A stretch of 63,458 nucleotides of DNA, filler included, from an uncultured bacterium (GTDB lineage Bacteria > DYJV01), in the NCBI GenBank assembly GCA_964543655.1. It is 3 parts of 3 records of this genome, joined end to end, with 100 filler letters (N's around TTAATTAATTAA, not from the genome) between each part and the next. Parts side by side here need not be neighbours in the genome. Positions count along the whole stretch, not along the records: positions 40,440 to 63,458 come from CAZIZE010000063.1; 2 more parts are not named here. The stretch is one strand, 5' to 3'. Under the pieces are notes generated by a model. It was not told the DNA's origin. It worked only from the letters and a program-made list of their open reading frames with translations, and made no database searches. Each line of letters begins with the position of its first letter. Positions within the stretch are counted from its first letter, which is position 1. Below, piece by piece: positions 51,074 through 59,154 of the stretch. The translations under genes were made by a program, and so were the position numbers.

Positions 51074-51580
51074 ATGATTAAAGACAATTTATTGTCATTT
51101 AATGGTGATGCACAAGAATTTGAAGATAAAAATGTTCAATTTGAAAAAACCATTCAAATGGTGGGTTTTGAACTTGGCAGAGAAGAGTATATGGTTGATA
51201 TTAATAAAATCCGAGAAATAATTATGACCACAGAGATAACCTATGTGCCAAGGGTAGATGATTATTTTGAAGGTGTGATTAATCTCAGGGGAAATATTGT
51301 TCCAATTATTAATCTTAGAAAAAAACTTGGTATGGAATCACGTGAAATAACTCCTTCAACAAGAATTTTAATTATGGAAATTTTAGATATGAATGTGGGA
51401 TTTATTGTTGATAAAATAACCAAAGTTATTATTATACCAGAGAAAAATATTGATTCTACCCCTACTACCTTTGGTGGAATGGCAGCTGAATTTATTAATG
51501 GTGTTGGAAGATTTGAAAACAAGATAATTGGCTGGGTTAATGTTGAAAAAATTATTGAGAGTTGCATGGTAAATAAATAA
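51074..51580 (+). CDS. cheW: Chemotaxis coupling protein CheW
   Basis: FELGREEY..I..IREI, VP...EGVINLRG.IVPII.LR. Confidence 0.95.
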   Translation: MIKDNLLSFNGDAQEFEDKNVQFEKTIQMVGFELGREEYMVDINKIREIIMTTEITYVPRVDDYFEGVINLRGNIVPIINLRKKLGMESREITPSTRILIMEILDMNVGFIVDKITKVIIIPEKNIDSTPTTFGGMAAEFINGVGRFENKIIGWVNVEKIIESCMVNK

Positions 51581-53022
51581 TGGAGGTTGTATTAGGTATT
51601 GATTTTGGTACAACTAATTCAGTTGTTTCAGCAAGTATAGATTCAAAGCCAAATATTATTACAAATGAAGAGGGTGAAAAGATTATACCCTCTGTTGTTT
51701 CTTGCAATAAAAATAATGAGATTTTAATTGGTACCCCTGCAAAAAGGCAGGCAATAATTAATCCAGAGAGCACAATATCTTCTATTAAGAGGTTTATGGG
51801 GGAAAAGAGAAAGTTTAAACTTTGTAATAACTTTTATTTCCCCCATGAAATTGCAGCAAAAATTATAGCTTATCTTAAAGAAATAGCAGAAAAATCATTA
51901 TCAGAAAAAATCGATAAAGCAGTAATTACTGTTCCAGCATATTTTACCAATCAGCAGAGAAATGTTACAAAATTAGCTGGCAAAATAGCCGGGTTAAATG
52001 TGCTCAGAATTATTAATGAGCCTACAGCTGCAGCTCTTGCCTATGGTTTTGGTGAAGATTTTGAAGGTAAAATTATTGTTTTTGACTTTGGTGGAGGTAC
52101 TTTTGATGTATCAATTCTTGAAATCATAGATGGAGTATATGAAGTAATAGCAACTGCTGGTAATAATTTTTTAGGTGGAGATGATTTTGATTTTAAAATA
52201 GCAAACTTATTAATTGAAGATTTTAAAAATAAACATGGAATTAATCTAAAAGAAGATAAAATGGCTTTTCAGAAAATAAAGGAGGAAGCTGAAAAAGCCA
52301 AGATTCTTTTAAGCAGGCAAGATGAAGTTAAAATAAATATTCCATTTATTACAGCAGATGAGCATGGTGCAAAACATATTGAATATAATTTGACTATTTC
52401 TGAGTTTAATAGTTTAACAGAGGATTTAATTGAAGAAGCTATTAAATGCACTAAAAGGGCAATGTTAGATGCAAGATTGAAGCCTGAAGATATTGATGAA
52501 ATAATATTTGTAGGTGGTTCAACTAAGATAAAGCAATTTAGAGAGAGAATTTTTGACCTTATGAAAAAAGAGTGCAAAGACTCTGTTGACCCAATGCTCT
52601 GTGTTTCAATTGGTGCTGCACTTCAAGGAAATATAATCTTAGGTAATAGCAATAATCTTGTTCTCGTGGATGTTACACCATTAACTCTTGGTGTTGAAAC
52701 AAAGGGTGGGAAATTTACCCCAATTATTTTGAGAAATACAACAATTCCAGCCAAAGAGAGTAAGTTATTTACAACAATTAGAGATAATCAAACATCAGTT
52801 ACAGTAAATGTTTATCAGGGAGAGAGTGAATTTTGTATTAATAATACATTAATTGGCACAGTAAAGCTTGAGAATATCCCTTTTCAGCCTAAGGGTAAGC
52901 CAAGAATAGAGGTTGTATTTGATATTGATGTAGATGGAATACTTCATATTTCAGCTATTGATAGAAAGACAATGAAAAAACAGGAAATTACAATTGAATA
53001 TCCATTTATGGACAATATATAA
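51580..53022 (+). CDS. Hsp70-family (DnaK-like) protein lacking the helical lid (480 aa)
   Basis: GIDFGTTNS, INEPTAAALAYG, DFGGGTFDVS, LGGDDFD, linker LVLVDVTPLTLG, DNQTSV..VYQGE; ends right after SBD-beta. Confidence 0.92.
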   Translation: MEVVLGIDFGTTNSVVSASIDSKPNIITNEEGEKIIPSVVSCNKNNEILIGTPAKRQAIINPESTISSIKRFMGEKRKFKLCNNFYFPHEIAAKIIAYLKEIAEKSLSEKIDKAVITVPAYFTNQQRNVTKLAGKIAGLNVLRIINEPTAAALAYGFGEDFEGKIIVFDFGGGTFDVSILEIIDGVYEVIATAGNNFLGGDDFDFKIANLLIEDFKNKHGINLKEDKMAFQKIKEEAEKAKILLSRQDEVKINIPFITADEHGAKHIEYNLTISEFNSLTEDLIEEAIKCTKRAMLDARLKPEDIDEIIFVGGSTKIKQFRERIFDLMKKECKDSVDPMLCVSIGAALQGNIILGNSNNLVLVDVTPLTLGVETKGGKFTPIILRNTTIPAKESKLFTTIRDNQTSVTVNVYQGESEFCINNTLIGTVKLENIPFQPKGKPRIEVVFDIDVDGILHISAIDRKTMKKQEITIEYPFMDNI

Positions 53023-53943
53023 ATGAACAGAGGAGAGTGCCTTAAAATATTAAATTTAAATAAAAATGCTTCAATTGAAGATGTTAAAAGAGCATACAGG
53101 GCTCTTGTAAAAAAGTATCATCCAGATATTGCAGGTAAAAATGATTATTATGTTGAAAAATTTAGAACAATTACCAAAGCGTATAAAACATTAATTTCTC
53201 AAAATAACACTGTTACTTGCGAAAAAGATGAAAAAGATATTAAAGAAATTTTAAAAAACATAAAAAGTAAAATTGATAATTACATTAGTTTTTTTAAAAG
53301 AAAGAGAAGACAGGAGCCTTCAAATTTTAGTGGAATATTTTTAAAAGAAGTAGATTACAGATTAATTGAGATAGGAGAAGATGAGCTTATTTTAAGGCTT
53401 GCTGGTAGTAACAACTTTTATGTTATGGTAGAAGCAATAAAAGCTCTCTACAAAATTAATACAGAAAAGAGCTGTTCAGCTATTGTTGAAAATTATTATA
53501 AATACAATAAAGATTTGAGGATTTTTGTTTCTTTTTTATTAAGAAGGAAATTAAATTTGCTTGAAAACTTTTTAGAGGAAAGTATTAAATCAGATAATTA
53601 TAATTTGCTGATTTCTATACTTTCTTTTCTCTACTTTATTTATGGAGATTTTCCTGAAAAAAAATATATTGATATTTTTATTAAAGATAATTTAAATATT
53701 AGTAAGATAGAGTTATCAAAATATTTTGTAAAATATAAAAATATTTTTTCAAAAAATGAGTTAAAAATTGGAGAAAAATTACTTTTAATGGATAGATTAA
53801 ATAGAGATGAGTTATCAATTGCTCTTTCAATAAAAAATAAATTTCCTGCTATTAAAATAGGAAGAATTATTTCAGATTTAGGTTTTCTATCATACAAGGA
53901 GATAGAAGTTGTTATAAAAACCAAGACAATTTTCAATGATTAA
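53023..53943 (+). CDS. J-domain protein with helical middle region and C-terminal MshEN-like repeat
   Basis: VKRAYRALVKKYHPD; C-term KIGEKLL..L....L..AL..K-x5-KIGRII..LGFL. Confidence 0.8.
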   Translation: MNRGECLKILNLNKNASIEDVKRAYRALVKKYHPDIAGKNDYYVEKFRTITKAYKTLISQNNTVTCEKDEKDIKEILKNIKSKIDNYISFFKRKRRQEPSNFSGIFLKEVDYRLIEIGEDELILRLAGSNNFYVMVEAIKALYKINTEKSCSAIVENYYKYNKDLRIFVSFLLRRKLNLLENFLEESIKSDNYNLLISILSFLYFIYGDFPEKKYIDIFIKDNLNISKIELSKYFVKYKNIFSKNELKIGEKLLLMDRLNRDELSIALSIKNKFPAIKIGRIISDLGFLSYKEIEVVIKTKTIFND

Positions 53944-53952
53944 GGAATTTTT

Positions 53953-55290
53953 ATGATAATAGGATTTTTAAACTACAATTTTGATAGTAATGAATTTAAC
54001 ACTGTTAATTTAAAAAATTTATCAGAGATAAATAAGATTAAAGATCTGGAATATATTTTTATCTATGAAAAAAAAGCAGATGATTTTTCAAATACTTTAA
54101 AAGAACTGTTGAAAATAGCTCCATCAATAAAGTTTATCCCAATAGTGGATTCTCAAAATCTAAACATTATTCCAAGTTTAATGTCCATTGGAGCAATAAC
54201 ATTTGTAATTCCACCATTTGATGAAAATATAAAAAAGAACATAGAGAATCTTTTGAAAATTAATAAAAGAGAGAAACTTGATTTAAAAAAAGTAAGTATT
54301 TATAATGGCATTGTTGGTGCCAGTAAGCAAATGCAGGAGCTTTTTCAATTAATAGATAAAGTTTCTAAATCTGATTCTACTATTTTGATTACTGGAGAAA
54401 GTGGTACAGGTAAAGAATTAGTTGCAAAAGCTATATATAAAAATAGCAAAAGAAAAGATAAGTTATTCATTCCTATAAACTGTGGTGCAATACCAGAAGA
54501 TTTAATTGAAAGTGAATTATTTGGCTATTCAAAAGGGGCTTTTACAGGTGCAACTACAAATAAAATAGGTAAAATTCAAGCTGCAAATGAGGGGACTGTT
54601 TTTCTTGATGAAATAGGAGAAATGCCTCTTAACTTGCAGGTAAAGATTTTAAGGCTTTTGCAGGAGCGAGAGATTCAACCAGTTGGTGCTAATAAACCTG
54701 TTAAAGTGGATATTAGAATTATTGCAGCTACCAATAAAAATCTTGAAAAATTAGTGGAAGAAAAAAAGTTTAGAGAAGACCTTTTTTATAGATTAAATGT
54801 TATTCCTATTCATATTCCTCCTCTAAGAGAGCGAAAAGAAGATATCCCGCTGTTAGTGGATTATTTTTTTAAAAAATTTAGAGATAAATATGAAAAAAAT
54901 GATGAAATAGAAGGTTTTTCAGATGAAGCAATAATTTTACTTGAAAACTATGATTGGCCAGGTAATGTAAGAGAGCTTGAAAATGTTATTGAGCGAATAG
55001 TGGTTTTAAAAGAAGGAGGCACTATTTTACCATATGATTTGCCAAGTAAATTTTTTCAAAATGAATTTTTCAATGACATTACTCCACCAAATGATAAAGA
55101 GTATTTAAATTCCTTAATTAAGTTATCTGATGAAGGTATTAATTTAAAAGAGGTTATAGATAACCTTGAAACTAATCTTATTATGCAGGCTCTTGAAAAA
55201 GCTGGTGGAGTAAAAGAAAAAGCCGCAAAACTATTAAATATTAAACGGACTACATTAATAGAAAAATTGAAAAGAAAAAATCTAATGTGA
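53953..55290 (+). CDS. Sigma54-dependent enhancer-binding protein with degenerate receiver-like N-terminus (FleQ/FlrA-like)
   Basis: GESGTGKE, GAFTGA, FLDEIGE, WPGNVRELEN, HTH AAKLLNIKRTTLIEKLK. Confidence 0.88.
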   Translation: MIIGFLNYNFDSNEFNTVNLKNLSEINKIKDLEYIFIYEKKADDFSNTLKELLKIAPSIKFIPIVDSQNLNIIPSLMSIGAITFVIPPFDENIKKNIENLLKINKREKLDLKKVSIYNGIVGASKQMQELFQLIDKVSKSDSTILITGESGTGKELVAKAIYKNSKRKDKLFIPINCGAIPEDLIESELFGYSKGAFTGATTNKIGKIQAANEGTVFLDEIGEMPLNLQVKILRLLQEREIQPVGANKPVKVDIRIIAATNKNLEKLVEEKKFREDLFYRLNVIPIHIPPLRERKEDIPLLVDYFFKKFRDKYEKNDEIEGFSDEAIILLENYDWPGNVRELENVIERIVVLKEGGTILPYDLPSKFFQNEFFNDITPPNDKEYLNSLIKLSDEGINLKEVIDNLETNLIMQALEKAGGVKEKAAKLLNIKRTTLIEKLKRKNLM

Positions 55291-57785
55291 TGAGAAAATT
55301 TTTTTTTATCCTATTTTCTTTTTTTCTTATAACCAATCTTTTTTCTAAAAATTTAAATTACCTGCTTGATATAAAATATAGAGACTTTCCCAAAGAAAAA
55401 TTTGTTAGAATTGTATTTTATTTTACTTCACCACCACTATTCCAGGAGATTAGATTAAAAGATAAAAATAAGTTGGTTGTTACTTTAGATAATACTGATA
55501 TTCAAAATTTCTATGGGAATCTTAAAGTGCCATCAACTATTATAGACTCTTTTGACACTTTACAAAAAAAAAATTCTCTTATAGTAACAATTAATTTCAA
55601 AAGTTATGTAGATAGATTTTCCACTATAAAATCAAAATCACCACCTCTACTATATCTTAAAGTTTATGTAACCAATGTAAAGCCTGTTGAAAAACCAAAA
55701 ATTAATAAAAAGCAGGGTAATGTTACAATTTCTGAGAATAAAACAGCTACTACTCTTAAAACTCCACAAGAAATTTTAAAGCAGATTAAGAAAAAAAAGA
55801 AAATAAAAAAGATTATTAAGAAAAAAGTAACAGTTAAAGAAGTTGTTACAAAAGCTCAAATAAATAAAATGAGGAATATATATGAGCAAGGTTTAAGCTT
55901 AATGGCTGATAAGAAATATAATGAAGCTATTAATGTTTTTAAATCAATTATCTCATCAGCTAAAAAAAAGAATCCATATTATATAAAATCAAGGTTTAGA
56001 ATTTTAGATTGTTATTATTACCTGCTTAAGCCCAATGATATTCATGGATTAATGAATTTAGCCTATGCATACCAGGATTTAATAGCAGCCTATCCTAAAT
56101 CTGACGAAGCTGCCTGGGCTGCATTTCAAATGGCAAATTGTTATGAAAAGCTTGGTTTTTTAGAGGAAGCACTTGGGTCATTCAGGTTTGTTACAAAATA
56201 TTATCCAAAATCTATTTTTTCTGCAACAGCTTTTCTCCATTTAAGTGACATTTTATACAAAATGAAAAGATATTCAGAAGCGTTAGAAAATTATAAAAAA
56301 ATTATGATGAAATACCCTCAAAGTATTTTAGCAATTAAAGCTAATTATTACATAGCCAATTGTTTATATCATTTAAAACAGTATAGTAGAGCGCTAAATG
56401 TTTTTAAAGAAGCAATTAAAAAAGCACCTAAATTTTTAAATAAAGACCCAGAAACACTATATAATATTGGTAATACCTATTTTTATTTGAAGAAATATCC
56501 TTATGCAAGGGAGTATTTTTTAAAAATAAGGAATCTTTTTCCAAAAAGTGAGTTTTTTGACCTGGCACTTATGAAAATAGGTGAGACCTATGTGAAGGAG
56601 AAGGATTTTAAAGCAGCGTTATACGTTTTTAAAAGGGTAATAGATGTTAGTAAAGATAAAGAAAAAATTATTATTGCAAGGTTAGAGCTTGCTGATATTG
56701 GACTATCCGGGATAATTAAAGATAAGAATTTAATAAAAAAATATTATAATTATATAAATCCAGAAATTGCTTATAATTATATTATTAAAAATTTTCCAAA
56801 ACATAAATTGACTCAAATTGCTTTTTCAAGATTAGTCGGTTATTTTCTTGATAAAAAGAGATTTCAAGATGCTGTTGATTATTTAGAAGAGTTTTACAAA
56901 AGGTTTCCCAATTCTAAAATAAAAGATAGTATGGATAAAAAGATGTATAAGGCACTTTATGGATTAATAGATTTATCTTTTAAAAATAAAAATTATCAAA
57001 AAATAATTTTTTATTATGAAAAGTATAACAAAACATTTTTAAAAGAAGTAAAGCCACTTAATGTTTTTAAAGATATTTATTTTTCTTATAAAAATCTTGA
57101 CCTAACTGTTGCTGCTAATAGATTATTAAAGAAATTATTAAAAAGTTATAAAAATGATGCTGATTTAAATTTTGAAAAAATAGTTACAGAGATTAATAAT
57201 AAAGAGTATAAAAAAGCAGTTAAAGATATTAATCTATTTTATAAAAGATATAAAAAATCAAACTATTTGCCAAAATTAAAATTTTTAAAAGCTATCTGTT
57301 ACAGTAAATTAAGTTACTTTAAGGAAGCACTTAATATATTTTTTGATATTCTTGATAATAATCCTTCAAATAAAAGTGAAATTTTATTCAATATTGCTGA
57401 AATTTATAGAAATTCCGGTGATTTAAATAATGCACTTAAATTTTACAAATTAATAAATGAAAATACAGAGCAGGAGCATATAGAGAAAGATATTCAGATA
57501 AATTCGTATTTTTACATAGGTTATATTAATTATCTATTGAAAAATTATAAAGATGCTGTTATTAATTTAGAAGCTTTTGTAAAGTTATATCCAGATGATT
57601 ATAGAGTTGATGAAATAAATTATTATATTCTTAACTGTTTTTACCATTTAAAAGAGTACAATAAAGCAATTGCTTATTTTAGTAAAATTAAAGGAAGTTT
57701 TAAAGATAAAAATTTTCTAAAATTATCAGAAGAAGTTTTAGAAAATATAAAATGGGTGAATTCATTTAAAAGCAATGGAAAATAA
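55287..57785 (+). CDS. Exported TPR-repeat protein with AMIN-like N-terminal domain
   Basis: Signal peptide; beta-rich VRIVFYF..LVVTLDNT; many Y..A..Y...YP.S TPR repeats. Confidence 0.8.
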   Translation: MMRKFFFILFSFFLITNLFSKNLNYLLDIKYRDFPKEKFVRIVFYFTSPPLFQEIRLKDKNKLVVTLDNTDIQNFYGNLKVPSTIIDSFDTLQKKNSLIVTINFKSYVDRFSTIKSKSPPLLYLKVYVTNVKPVEKPKINKKQGNVTISENKTATTLKTPQEILKQIKKKKKIKKIIKKKVTVKEVVTKAQINKMRNIYEQGLSLMADKKYNEAINVFKSIISSAKKKNPYYIKSRFRILDCYYYLLKPNDIHGLMNLAYAYQDLIAAYPKSDEAAWAAFQMANCYEKLGFLEEALGSFRFVTKYYPKSIFSATAFLHLSDILYKMKRYSEALENYKKIMMKYPQSILAIKANYYIANCLYHLKQYSRALNVFKEAIKKAPKFLNKDPETLYNIGNTYFYLKKYPYAREYFLKIRNLFPKSEFFDLALMKIGETYVKEKDFKAALYVFKRVIDVSKDKEKIIIARLELADIGLSGIIKDKNLIKKYYNYINPEIAYNYIIKNFPKHKLTQIAFSRLVGYFLDKKRFQDAVDYLEEFYKRFPNSKIKDSMDKKMYKALYGLIDLSFKNKNYQKIIFYYEKYNKTFLKEVKPLNVFKDIYFSYKNLDLTVAANRLLKKLLKSYKNDADLNFEKIVTEINNKEYKKAVKDINLFYKRYKKSNYLPKLKFLKAICYSKLSYFKEALNIFFDILDNNPSNKSEILFNIAEIYRNSGDLNNALKFYKLINENTEQEHIEKDIQINSYFYIGYINYLLKNYKDAVINLEAFVKLYPDDYRVDEINYYILNCFYHLKEYNKAIAYFSKIKGSFKDKNFLKLSEEVLENIKWVNSFKSNGK

Positions 57786-59154
57786 CATAGTTATTATTAG
57801 TGAGGATATATCTTTTTTATCAGAGTTGGGGAATATAATAAAAGCATTTAACTTTAAACCTCTTTTATTTGAAAAAATAGAGGAAGGTTTTAAATATCTT
57901 GAGTCTCACAAACCCTATCTTGTTATTTCTGACCTATTTTTTAAAGGTTTTAAACCTGATGACATTTGGAATAGGTTTAAGTTATTAAACATAGAAAATA
58001 TTTTAATAATATCAGACAATCCTGATACCAATATTGGGACAAAAGTTATTCAGGAAGGAGCCCTTGATTATATTTTAAAACCAATAGAAGTTGAGCAGAT
58101 TAGATTATTGCTTGCAAAATTAAAAATTAAAAAAAAGAGAACAATAACTGATTTTAGAAAAATAGTAACAAATAATCCTAAAATGTTAATGGTATTAAAG
58201 ATAGCAGAAAATGCAGCTAAGAGCCGTTCAACTGTTCTAATTAAAGGAGAAAGTGGTGTTGGAAAAGAACTTATTGCAAGAATGATTCATGAAAAAAGCA
58301 GCAGGGCAAATGAACCATTTGTTGCAGTAAATTGCGCTGCTCTCCCTGAAACATTACTTGAGAGTGAGCTTTTTGGCCATGAAAAGGGCTCTTTTACTGG
58401 TGCAATATCTACAAAACCAGGTAAATTTGAGCTTGCCAATAATGGCACAATACTACTTGATGAAATTACAGAAATGAATTTTCCATTGCAGGCAAAATTA
58501 TTAAGAGTTTTACAAGAAAGAGAAATAGACAGAATAGGAGGGAGAGAACCAATAAAACTTGATATACGTATTATTGCAACAACTAACAGGGATATGAAGC
58601 AAATTATTGCTGAGAAAAAATTTAGAGAAGATTTATACTATAGATTAAATGTAATTCCTTTGCATATTCCACCACTTAGAGAGAGAAAAGATGATATACC
58701 ACTTCTAACAAAACATTTTATTAGAAAGCATTCAGCTCTAAATAATATACAGGAGAAGGAGATTTCTGATTCTGCGTTAAAAAAGCTTGCTAAATATGAC
58801 TGGCCTGGTAATATTAGAGAGCTTGAAAATATTATTGAAAGGGCAGTTGTGATTTGTCCTTCACATATTATTGATGAAAACTTTATAATATTTGAGGATG
58901 AAATTGAATCTATTTATGAATTTAGTGAAAATGTAGTTGCTCTTGAAAGTAGTAAAGCCAAAGATATTTCCCAAGAGGAATCTCTATCAGTTAAGCCTGG
59001 AACCACCATAGCAGAAATGGAGAAAAAATTAATCCTTGAGACTTTAAAATCTGTTAATGCCAATAGAACAGTTGCAGCTGAGCTTCTTGGAATAAGTGTA
59101 AGAACTTTAAGAAATAAACTAAATGAGTATAAAAAATCAGGAATAGAAATTTAA
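57775..59154 (+). CDS. Sigma54-dependent response regulator (FlrC/FleR/FlgR-like)
   Basis: Receiver (ISED, VISD, DYILKP), GESGVGKE, GSFTGA, HTH LGISVRTLRNKLNEY. Confidence 0.9.
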   Translation: MENNIVIISEDISFLSELGNIIKAFNFKPLLFEKIEEGFKYLESHKPYLVISDLFFKGFKPDDIWNRFKLLNIENILIISDNPDTNIGTKVIQEGALDYILKPIEVEQIRLLLAKLKIKKKRTITDFRKIVTNNPKMLMVLKIAENAAKSRSTVLIKGESGVGKELIARMIHEKSSRANEPFVAVNCAALPETLLESELFGHEKGSFTGAISTKPGKFELANNGTILLDEITEMNFPLQAKLLRVLQEREIDRIGGREPIKLDIRIIATTNRDMKQIIAEKKFREDLYYRLNVIPLHIPPLRERKDDIPLLTKHFIRKHSALNNIQEKEISDSALKKLAKYDWPGNIRELENIIERAVVICPSHIIDENFIIFEDEIESIYEFSENVVALESSKAKDISQEESLSVKPGTTIAEMEKKLILETLKSVNANRTVAAELLGISVRTLRNKLNEYKKSGIEI

